A stretch of 36,976 bases of DNA, from contig JASFVG010000002.1 in the NCBI GenBank assembly GCA_050049955.1, positions 1 to 36,976 of the forward strand, written 5' to 3'. The notes beneath the pieces were generated by a model, which was not told where the DNA came from, did no database searches, and saw only the letters and a program-made list of their open reading frames with translations. Below, one piece after another: positions 7,788 through 15,927 of this stretch. Made by a program: the position numbers and the translations under genes. Each line of letters begins with the position of its first letter. Position 1 is the stretch's first letter. Source of the DNA: Anaerolineae bacterium. GTDB taxonomy: Bacteria; Chloroflexota; Anaerolineae; B4-G1.

Positions 7788-10700
7788 CTAGACGGATCTT
7801 CGGACTACCATCAGCGTGAGATCATCGGACAGGGGACCGTCGCCCACGAAATCCGCAACTGCCCCAACGATGGCGTCCAGTGTCTCCTGTGCCGACTGTC
7901 GCCCGCAGAGGGAACGGATGTAGTCAAACAGCCGCTGTTCGCCAAAAAGCGCGCCGTCGGCGGAGAGGGCCTCCGTGACGCCGTCGGTATAGAGGATGAG
8001 TGCGTCCCCGGTCCTCAGCGCATGCTCGTGGTCCTCGTACCGGACCCGCCCTTGCACCCCCAACGCCATTTCGCCCCTTTCCATCTGCTCCAGGCTGCGG
8101 TCGTCCGACCGGACCACCAACGGTGGGTGATGTCCGGCATTGGCAAACACAAGCTGGCCGGTCTCCAGCGACAACGTCACGTAGAGCCCAGTCACGAACA
8201 TGCCGCGCGGGGCATCAGGTACCAGCAGGTCATTGACTTGCGTCAGGGTTTGGGAGGGAAGCCCGGCGTCTGCGGCAGCAGCGCGCATCAACGAGCGTGT
8301 AAGCGCCATGAACAGCGCGGCAGGCATGCCCTTGTCGGCCACATCGGCGATGACCAAGCCCAGTCGCCGGTCAGGCAACTCGAGGATGTCATAGAAGTCG
8401 CCGGCGACTTGACGGGCCGCGCGCCAGGTGACGGCCAGCTCCCAACCAGGCAGCGTCGGGAGATGACGGGGCAGGAACGTCTCTTGGATCTCGCGCGCCA
8501 ACTGGAGTTCGCGCTCTAGCCGCTCACGCTCTGCCATCTCCTGCTGAAGACGATCATTCTGAACAGCCAGAGCAGCCTGCTGAGAGATGCCGGTGATGAT
8601 TTCCAGTCGCCTTTCTCTAGGGCCACGCGCGCGTTCGGTTTCGCCGACCAGCATAACCCCCAGCGGCTCCCCCTTCACTGACATTGGCACGGCAAGTAGC
8701 GGGTTCGTGCGGATGGACGCCGGCGCAGCAAGTTGGCTAGCCAATCCCGGCGGGACAAGACCCGCGATCTCGTCGACGGTCTCCAGGGCAACCACCTCAT
8801 TCCGGTCACGGACAACGTCAAGCAACGGAAACTGGCCGGGCGCGAGGCGGTCCCCTACCGCTGAGATGCCGTATGCCTTGGCCAGGCGGAACACCCGCTC
8901 CTGCTCGCTCCACAGGAAGACGGCACAATGGTCCACGCCGACCAGCATAGGACCGATGCGGACGATGGCCTCCAGAACGTCATCCAGGTCACCTAGGCTG
9001 ACCACAGCCTGTGCTACTTGGAGCAGGGCTGCCGACACGTAGGCCTCTTCCTGTCGTGCCTCCAACAGGCGGGCGTTCTCTGCGGCGGTAGCCACCTGGT
9101 ACGCGATGCCGCGCAGGATGGCCATACGCTCTCCCTGGGACGGCTGTGGCTCGCCTCGGTCCTGGATGCTCTGGTAGTCAATGAGCATCGCGCCCAATAG
9201 GTCGCCGTGCGCAAGCAGCGGGAGCAATAGCGGGGATCCGAAAGTCGCAAGAGATTGGGCAGCAGCGCCTGCTGCCTCGGATGGCAGGCTGTCGACAAAG
9301 AACGGTTCCTTTGTGGTCCGCAGCCTGTCAAACGCGGGCACATCAGTGGGCGCGATGCGTAGATCGTGCAAACCCCGCCCCTCCTCACGAAGGCCCCCAG
9401 CCCTGGCTAACGTGAACACCTGGTCGGGTTCGTCCCAGAAGAACAGAGCGCAGCGCTCAACTCCAACGAGCATCGGGATCAAACGCACCACGGCATCAAG
9501 CACCTCGTCCAGGGCACCGAACGACTGAGTCAACTCAGCGACCTCGAGGAGGACAGTCGATACGTAGGCTTGCTCCTGGGCCTGCTGGTAGAGTCGGGTG
9601 TTCTCTATTGCTACGGCGGCGTAGTTGGCGAATGCAGCCGTCATGTTGCGCGATTCAGAACCGTAGCGTCCTGGCGCCCGGTGCGCCAGGGTGAGAACGC
9701 CCAGCCGGCGATCACCTGCACTCAGTGGCGCAGTGATCGCCGAGTAGTCAGGGGGGAAATCGAGCGTTGCACCAAGTGGCTCGGGCGGCGCCGCGGCGGT
9801 GCGAACGATGGGGCCTTCGGCCCATAGAGCGCGCTGGAGCCAAGCATCTGAGTCGGACACCGGGTCACTCACGCAGATCCGTTCTCTGGCGCCATGGATG
9901 GCCGATAGACAGAGCGCGTCCCCCTCCAGCAACCAGATAGCGGTAACATCGCAGGGCAGAAGGTTCTCCAAACTGGCAAGGATTGCGTCAAGCACGTCGT
10001 CGAGGTCGGTGCCGGCAGAGAGCAGCCCAGCCACATCTCGCATGCTGTCTGCTACCCGACGCCGCCAACGCTCCGACCTGTACAGGTTTGCGTTGCGGAT
10101 GGCTATGGCCACGCTGTCAGCAAGAGCATTGAGTAGAAGGCGATCATGCTCACCGAAGGCATCCAGGCGGTCAGTCTGTACGTCTAGGACGCCGAGCACT
10201 TCATCCCCGAAGACAAGGGGAACAGCCAGTTGACCACGAACCTCGATAGGCTGAGGTATGATCGGTCGATAGCGCGCATCACTGCGCACGTCGCCAGCCA
10301 CCGCTGCCTCTCCACGACACGCAGCCCAGGCCACCAGACCCTCCGAGTCATCCAGCGTGCAAACCGGCCTGCCCGCTTGAAAGCCCTCCGACGTGCCTGG
10401 AGGCCACCCGGCACGATACACGATTTGCTGCCGCGCGAGATCGATAGTGAAGAGATGCACCAGGGGATACTTGAACTGCTGATGGATCAGCGTAGCAACC
10501 CTACTGAGCAATTCGTCAAGGTCGAGGATCGAGGTAACTGCCCGGCTGACCTCAGCCACTAGGGACACCTGCTCAGCCCGGTGGCGCTCAACGGCGATCC
10601 GGTGGCTTAGCTCCAGAGCTGCGGCGGACTGGGACGCCAGGGCACGCAGCAGCTCGACCTCTTCATCACCCCAGGCTGGTCTCTCCGGTCGTCTGACCTC

Positions 10701-11012
10701 AAGGACACCCAAGGTGTTCGTCCCTGCCTGTAGTGGCAGTGCGACGACCGGACCGTCGCTAACTAGGGTCTGGCTCTCAAGAGCGCGGCGCATGACCGTC
10801 GAGAGCGGCTGGGACGTGGATGACGGTGCCCGGATCGCCGACGGCACACGAAGAGCGTCAGTGACCCATAGGCTGGCCTCTCCATTCGTGAGGTCAGCTG
10901 CCGTCTTGAGGATCTGCTCTCTCTGGAAGGCAGGCTCCGGCTGCGCCATGAGCGCCCTACCGAGGTCAGAGAGACGCCGCCACTTGGTCACCGAGAGGGA
11001 TTTGCCGGCCAT
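7788..11012 (-). CDS. Multi-GAF (about 5) PP2C/SpoIIE-type serine phosphatase (RsbU/RsbP-like)
   Basis: 1074 aa. Five roughly 165-aa GAF-like modules are separated by helical linkers (for example NTRLYQQAQEQAYVSTVLLEVAE and NARLLEARQEEAYVSAALLQVAQ). The C-terminal PPM domain has REIQETFLP, AGDFYD, VIADVADKGMPAALFM and LILYTDGVTEA. Confidence 0.85.
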   Translation of the reverse strand: MAGKSLSVTKWRRLSDLGRALMAQPEPAFQREQILKTAADLTNGEASLWVTDALRVPSAIRAPSSTSQPLSTVMRRALESQTLVSDGPVVALPLQAGTNTLGVLEVRRPERPAWGDEEVELLRALASQSAAALELSHRIAVERHRAEQVSLVAEVSRAVTSILDLDELLSRVATLIHQQFKYPLVHLFTIDLARQQIVYRAGWPPGTSEGFQAGRPVCTLDDSEGLVAWAACRGEAAVAGDVRSDARYRPIIPQPIEVRGQLAVPLVFGDEVLGVLDVQTDRLDAFGEHDRLLLNALADSVAIAIRNANLYRSERWRRRVADSMRDVAGLLSAGTDLDDVLDAILASLENLLPCDVTAIWLLEGDALCLSAIHGARERICVSDPVSDSDAWLQRALWAEGPIVRTAAAPPEPLGATLDFPPDYSAITAPLSAGDRRLGVLTLAHRAPGRYGSESRNMTAAFANYAAVAIENTRLYQQAQEQAYVSTVLLEVAELTQSFGALDEVLDAVVRLIPMLVGVERCALFFWDEPDQVFTLARAGGLREEGRGLHDLRIAPTDVPAFDRLRTTKEPFFVDSLPSEAAGAAAQSLATFGSPLLLPLLAHGDLLGAMLIDYQSIQDRGEPQPSQGERMAILRGIAYQVATAAENARLLEARQEEAYVSAALLQVAQAVVSLGDLDDVLEAIVRIGPMLVGVDHCAVFLWSEQERVFRLAKAYGISAVGDRLAPGQFPLLDVVRDRNEVVALETVDEIAGLVPPGLASQLAAPASIRTNPLLAVPMSVKGEPLGVMLVGETERARGPRERRLEIITGISQQAALAVQNDRLQQEMAERERLERELQLAREIQETFLPRHLPTLPGWELAVTWRAARQVAGDFYDILELPDRRLGLVIADVADKGMPAALFMALTRSLMRAAAADAGLPSQTLTQVNDLLVPDAPRGMFVTGLYVTLSLETGQLVFANAGHHPPLVVRSDDRSLEQMERGEMALGVQGRVRYEDHEHALRTGDALILYTDGVTEALSADGALFGEQRLFDYIRSLCGRQSAQETLDAIVGAVADFVGDGPLSDDLTLMVVRRSV

Positions 11013-11043
11013 CCGTCAACATCCGGCGAGGCAGTTGCAGCTA

Positions 11044-11080
11044 CTGCTGATCAGGCCTGCTCAGCAGGCCTGATCAGCAG
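11044..11080 (-). promoter_or_regulatory. Perfect 17-bp stem / 3-nt loop hairpin centred on the stop codon of the RsbW-like gene
   Basis: ctgctgatcaggcctgc (11044-11060), tca (11061-11063, the TGA stop on the minus strand), gcaggcctgatcagcag (11064-11080). The arms are exact reverse complements. It lies 32 nt upstream of the phosphatase start codon (11012), and no U-tract follows. Confidence 0.6.
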
Positions 11081-11582
11081 GCCTTTCTGGCTGCGGTACT
11101 CGCGCGGTCGGCTGCCCTTCTGTGGCTTCTCGCCCGGCGTCTTGTTTCCGCTTCACCAGCTTCAGCACGTTGCCAGCATCCGCCCGGAAGTCGAAATCGA
11201 CCTCGTCCATCAGCTCCCGAATGAAGTAGAGTCCGAGACCACCGCCGCTCCGCTCCTCAAGATCGTCGCTCAGGTCCGGTGGGGGCACGGAGTCGGGATC
11301 GAAGGGCGCGCCTTGATCACGGAGAATCACGGTCAGATCATCATCTTGAGCCCGACAGCTACACTCGATCTCGCCGCGCCCTTCCCCACCGTAGGCATGG
11401 TTGATGATGTTGGAGCAGGCCTCATCGACAGCCAGTCGCACCTGATAGACGGCATCGTTGTCAAACCCGGCCTCCTCGGCCGCATCACTCACGAAGCGGT
11501 CGATGGCCGCAAGGCTCTCGTATTCTGCAGGGAAGACCTGTGTCCGGTCCTTATCCATAGACACACAAAACGTGAAGCACAT
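11061..11582 (-). CDS. Anti-sigma-factor-type serine kinase (RsbW/SpoIIAB-like, HATPase_c)
   Basis: N-box VDEACSNIINHAY, G1 DQGAPFD and G2 GGGLGLYFIRELMD, plus an extra basic/Pro-rich C-terminal tail. The alternative start ATG 11558 (MDKDRTQ...) is equally plausible. Neither start has a clear SD. Confidence 0.8.
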   Translation of the reverse strand: MCFTFCVSMDKDRTQVFPAEYESLAAIDRFVSDAAEEAGFDNDAVYQVRLAVDEACSNIINHAYGGEGRGEIECSCRAQDDDLTVILRDQGAPFDPDSVPPPDLSDDLEERSGGGLGLYFIRELMDEVDFDFRADAGNVLKLVKRKQDAGREATEGQPTARVPQPERPADQAC

Positions 11583-11641
11583 CAGGTCACGATGGAACCC
11601 GAATTGCGCCTCACGCTGCAGGGCAGAATTAAGAAGGGGCG

Positions 11642-11977
11642 CTAGAAGGCACCCACTGCCGCAATGATCTCGTCGTAGAACTTGAAGAGAGGCAAGAACC
11701 CGGCCAGATCGAAGGCCTCATAGATGCGCTCGGGCACCCTAGCCAAGACGAGTTCGCCACGGCTCAAGCGCTGGCACCTCTTCTGCGTGTCAATCAGCAC
11801 TCTCAAGCCCGCACTGGAGATGAAGTCGACGTCATCCAAGTCGAGCACGAAGTTGTGCTGTCCTTTCTCCATGAACTCATTGAAAACCGCAGCCAGTTGA
11901 GGCGCCGTAGCGCTGTCAATGCGTCCTGACGGCTCCAACACGGCACAACGGTTGAACTCTTGCGTAGTGACCTCCAT
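11642..11977 (-). CDS. STAS-domain anti-sigma-factor antagonist (RsbV/SpoIIAA-like)
   Basis: 111 aa. The conserved phosphorylatable-serine context is LDDVDFISSAGLRVL. SD AAGGAGG lies 5 nt upstream of ATG 11977. Confidence 0.85.
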   Translation of the reverse strand: MEVTTQEFNRCAVLEPSGRIDSATAPQLAAVFNEFMEKGQHNFVLDLDDVDFISSAGLRVLIDTQKRCQRLSRGELVLARVPERIYEAFDLAGFLPLFKFYDEIIAAVGAF

Positions 11978-12059
11978 ACTGGCCTCCTTTTCTGGGCACT
12001 CCTCCTGCAGGCGCTATCCAGGCGCCATCCAAGCGTTATCGAAACTTCATCCAGCCGCG

Positions 12060-12088
12060 ATTATATCACGATGTCCGGTGTCCAACAA
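12060..12088 (-). promoter_or_regulatory. Candidate promoter of the partner-switching operon (TTGTTG-N17-TGaTATAAT)
   Basis: On the minus strand the -35 TTGTTG lies at 12088-12083, followed by a 17-nt spacer and an extended -10 TGATATAAT at 12068-12060. This predicts a roughly 75-nt leader before the STAS gene. Confidence 0.4.
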
Positions 12089-12337
12089 GAAGTCGCGTAC
12101 GTCGCTGGGTCAGCAGCGCCTCGTCGCACATTGCGCTCGCTACCCAGCCATCCGGCTGTGGATCCGGGATGCGTCGAGAAGCCACCAGGGGAGTCGCCAG
12201 CAGCGGCTACGATTCAAATGCCGTTCATACGAGACGCTAACGCGTTTCCTACGCTAGTCAGCCATAATCCATTCCATTCCATGGCTGTGTGCTATGCGAA
12301 ATGGCGACGCAATATAGCTCAGAACTGAGGTGCCTTG

Positions 12338-14806
12338 ATGCTGCAATCGCTGATCCAGAAGAAAGATGATGAACGGATGATGAGGGGCGATCTGCCACGG
12401 GACCTGCCTGTCCTGCCTCTACGCAACGTGGTGGCTTTTCCCCATACCATGCTGCCCTTGGCCATAGGGATCCCACGGTCGGTCGACCTGTTGGAGGACG
12501 CCATGAAGGGTGATCGGCTTATCGTGTTGGCAACGATGATCGACCCGTCGGTCGAGGAGCCCGGTCCCGATGGGGTTCACCGGATAGGCACTTTGGCTCA
12601 GGTCGAGCGGGTGGTGAGCTTGCAGGACAACGAGACGGCAGCGTATCAGGTCATTGTGCGGACACTAATGCGCGCGAGGATTTCGGAGTGGCTGGTAGAG
12701 GAACCCTACCTAACAGCTCGCATCGAGCCGAACCGCGAGACGGTGAACAACGAGACTGAGGTGGAGGCACTCCGACGCGAGCTGATTGACTTGGCACGCA
12801 GGATGGTTGCCTATTTCCCGCAGGTTCCTGAGGAGGCCGTCGACATGCTAGATCAGGTCGGGGATCCGGTTGTGTCGCTCTATGCGCTCGCATCAAACCT
12901 TCGGCTGGACGTGGAGGAGGCGCAGGAGGTCCTGTCAGGCCAGGAGCTCAGTACTCAGATGCGCTCCCTGATGCGCATCATGCAGCACGAGCTGGACGTC
13001 TTGGAGGTTAGTGAGGAGATTAGGGAGGAAGCCCAGTCTGAGATGGAGAAAACGCAGCGAGAATACTACCTGCGTCAGCAACTCAAGGCCATCCAGAAGG
13101 AACTGGGAGAGGACGAAGAGGCATCGGAGGCAGATGCCTACCGCCAGAGGCTCGAGGAGGCCAATCTCCCCGAGGAGGCTCGCAACGAGGCTGAACGTGA
13201 GCTAGGTCGGTTGGCGCAGCTGCACCCGCAGTCCGCCGAGGTAGGTGTGATCAAGACATACCTCGATTGGCTGCTCGATCTCCCGTGGACGGTTCTATCT
13301 GAGGACAACCTCGACCTGGTTCACGCGGAGAAGGTGCTCGATGAAGACCATTATGGCCTCGAGAAGGTCAAGGAGCGTATCATTGAGTTCCTGGCCGTGC
13401 GTAAGCTGCATCGCGAGCGCGACGTGGAGAAGCCCGAGGAATACGCGCCAACCATTCTCTGCTTCGTCGGGCCGCCTGGCGTGGGCAAGACTAGCCTGGG
13501 GCGATCCATAGCACGCGCATTGGATCGCAAGTTCACCCGCATGAGCCTAGGAGGGTTGCGTGACGAGGCCGAGATCCGGGGACACCGTCGCACTTATATT
13601 GGCGCCATGCCCGGTCGCGTCATCCAAGCGCTAAAACGCGTTGGGACGCGAAACCCCGTCTTCATGTTGGATGAGGTGGACAAGGTGGGTTCGAGCTGGC
13701 GCGGTGATCCCGCCAGTGCCCTGCTTGAGGTCCTTGATCCGCAACAGAACTACGCCTTCCGCGATCATTACCTGGACCTAGACTTCGACCTTAGCGAGGT
13801 GTTCTTCATTACAACGGCGAACACGTTGAGCACTATCCCGCCGGCGCTCCAGGACCGCATGGAGGTGATCGACATCGATGGCTACACCGAGCACGACAAA
13901 GTGCAGATTGCCCAAGGGTATCTGATCCCACGGCAGATCAAGGTCAACGGCCTGGAGCCTGACGAGGTGGAGGTTAGCGAGGGTGCACTGCGAACGGTCA
14001 TTCGCGAGTACACACGTGAGGCCGGCGTGCGAAACCTGGAGCGGGAAATGGGCCGGGCGCTGCGAAAGGTGGCGATGCGCATCGCCAAGTGCCCGGTTGA
14101 CCAGGCTGTTTGTACGGAAGTCCTGGACGAGGCCAAAGTGCGCGAGTTTCTAGGCAAGCCACGCTATCGCGACGAAGCGAAGCTGCGCACAGAGCTCCCG
14201 GGCGTGGCCACCGGCCTGGCGTGGACGCCGGCTGGCGGCAGCGTCCTTTTCGTGGAGACACGTGTGATGGAAGGAAAGGACAAGCTTCTGCTGACAGGAC
14301 AGCTGGGCGACGTGATGAAGGAGTCCGCCCAGATTGCCCTCAGCTTCGTGCAGGGCGATCTGCAGCGCCTGAGACTGGACAAAGACAGGTTGGAGGGGAA
14401 GACCGTGCACCTGCACGTACCGGCCGGCGCCATACCGAAGGACGGCCCGTCGGCGGGGGTGACCCTGGTCACAGCCCTCGTCTCTGGCTTGACCGGCCGC
14501 TCCGTTCGCGAGGATGTGGGTATGACAGGCGAGGTGACCTTGCAGGGGCAGGTGCTTCCCATCGGGGGCGTCAAGCAGAAGGTGCTAGCTGCCCATCGAC
14601 ACGGCCTGAAGACAGTGATCCTGCCGAAGGCCAACGAGGTGGACCTGGACGACGTGCCTGAGGAGATCCTGGATGACCTCCGGATCAAGCTGGTAGAGCA
14701 CGTGGACGAGGTTCTCCAGGCTGCTTTCGAGTCGGAGTTCAAGTTCGAATCCGCCAAAGTCGGCGGAAACGGTCGGGAAGGGAAAGCTGTCGAGGCGTTG
14801 GCATAG
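12338..14806 (+). CDS. lon: ATP-dependent Lon protease
   Basis: LON N-domain (LPVLPLRNVVAFPHTMLPLAIG), AAA+ Walker A GPPGVGKTS, and a proteolytic Ser-Lys dyad context (PKDGPSAGV and GGVKQKVLAAHR). ATG 12338 has GAGG 7 nt upstream. The track begins one codon earlier at TTG 12335. Confidence 0.95.
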   Translation: MLQSLIQKKDDERMMRGDLPRDLPVLPLRNVVAFPHTMLPLAIGIPRSVDLLEDAMKGDRLIVLATMIDPSVEEPGPDGVHRIGTLAQVERVVSLQDNETAAYQVIVRTLMRARISEWLVEEPYLTARIEPNRETVNNETEVEALRRELIDLARRMVAYFPQVPEEAVDMLDQVGDPVVSLYALASNLRLDVEEAQEVLSGQELSTQMRSLMRIMQHELDVLEVSEEIREEAQSEMEKTQREYYLRQQLKAIQKELGEDEEASEADAYRQRLEEANLPEEARNEAERELGRLAQLHPQSAEVGVIKTYLDWLLDLPWTVLSEDNLDLVHAEKVLDEDHYGLEKVKERIIEFLAVRKLHRERDVEKPEEYAPTILCFVGPPGVGKTSLGRSIARALDRKFTRMSLGGLRDEAEIRGHRRTYIGAMPGRVIQALKRVGTRNPVFMLDEVDKVGSSWRGDPASALLEVLDPQQNYAFRDHYLDLDFDLSEVFFITTANTLSTIPPALQDRMEVIDIDGYTEHDKVQIAQGYLIPRQIKVNGLEPDEVEVSEGALRTVIREYTREAGVRNLEREMGRALRKVAMRIAKCPVDQAVCTEVLDEAKVREFLGKPRYRDEAKLRTELPGVATGLAWTPAGGSVLFVETRVMEGKDKLLLTGQLGDVMKESAQIALSFVQGDLQRLRLDKDRLEGKTVHLHVPAGAIPKDGPSAGVTLVTALVSGLTGRSVREDVGMTGEVTLQGQVLPIGGVKQKVLAAHRHGLKTVILPKANEVDLDDVPEEILDDLRIKLVEHVDEVLQAAFESEFKFESAKVGGNGREGKAVEALA

Positions 14807-14823
14807 CCTGCGCCACACACAAG

Positions 14824-14869
14824 CAGGAAGCCCCAGGCGACTGCTAGGTCGCGTGGGGCTTCCTGTTAT
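14824..14869 (+). terminator. Probable intrinsic terminator downstream of lon
   Basis: caggaagcccc (14824-14834) pairs with ggggcttcctg (14855-14865), with an inner gcgac/gtcgc helix, followed by TTAT. The T-tract is weak. Confidence 0.45.
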
Positions 14870-15008
14870 GGGCATCGGAGCCGTGTAAGGATGGTGCGCG
14901 ATGGGGCCAGCCAGCCTGCGCAGTCGCCACACCCCCTACCGTTGACCTAGCCCGCACCGCATGCTATGATTGCGGCCAGTCGTAGCGGATCCACAGTAGG
15001 AGAGAGCA

Positions 15009-15824
15009 TTGAGCAATCTAACCTTGATGGCGGTCTTTGCGCATCCGGATGACGACGCCTTCGGAACCGGGGGCACGCTCAGCAAGTACGCGGCTGAAGG
15101 CTGCGACGTCCACCTGGTGACCGCCACACGGGGCGAGGCGGGTGAGATCGCCGAGCCGGACTTGGCCACCAGCGCCGACCTGCCCTTCGTGCGCGAGCAG
15201 GAATTGCGCTGTGCCTGTGGTATCTATGGTATCCACGAGCCCCGCTTCCTGGACTACGCGGACGGCTTGTTGCCAATCGTACATCAGGGACAGGCCGTAG
15301 GGAAAGTGGTACGCCTACTCCGCGAACTGAGGCCGCAAGTGGTGGTCACATTTGGCCCGGACGGAATCTACGGTCACTACGATCACATCGCTGTGCACCG
15401 CTGGACGACCATAGCCGTAGACCTGGCCGCTGACCCCGATTGCTTTCCGCATCACGGGGGCGCTACCTGCAGGCCGCATCAGGTTAGCAAGGTCTACTAC
15501 CGCGTGCTCCCTCAGGCGCTCGTTGAAGCGATGGGCGAGGGCAGCAGGCCTGCTGCGGCCATGATGGACGGCGTGCCCTTCTACATGGTCGGGCGAGCAC
15601 CCGACGAGATCACCACAGTCATCGACGTCGCCGACTACGTCAAGCAGAAGCTGCGAGGCCTCCAGTGTCACGCAACGCAGGTGGGCCGCCAAAGTCGCTT
15701 CTCCGAACGGGTCGAACGGGTGATCCAAGATCCCGCGTTCCGGTACGAGCACTTCGTGTTGGCGCGCTCGACTGTCGGCTGGGCGGAGGGTGTAGAGACG
15801 GACCTGTTCGCCAGGTTGAGATAG
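15009..15824 (+). CDS. PIG-L/LmbE family N-acetylglucosaminyl deacetylase (MshB/BshB-like)
   Basis: VFAHPDDDAFGTGGTL and YGHYDHIAVH zinc-binding motifs. TTG 15009 is preceded by AGGAGAG. The alternative start is ATG 15027. Confidence 0.8.
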   Translation: MSNLTLMAVFAHPDDDAFGTGGTLSKYAAEGCDVHLVTATRGEAGEIAEPDLATSADLPFVREQELRCACGIYGIHEPRFLDYADGLLPIVHQGQAVGKVVRLLRELRPQVVVTFGPDGIYGHYDHIAVHRWTTIAVDLAADPDCFPHHGGATCRPHQVSKVYYRVLPQALVEAMGEGSRPAAAMMDGVPFYMVGRAPDEITTVIDVADYVKQKLRGLQCHATQVGRQSRFSERVERVIQDPAFRYEHFVLARSTVGWAEGVETDLFARLR

Positions 15825-15927
15825 CCACCAAGTGAGAACTGCCGCAGCACTCATATCGAAAGGACATATTTGCGACCAGGGGAGACAAGCACGCAAGAAT
15901 CGCCACCACGGCCAAGCCGCGATGCAC

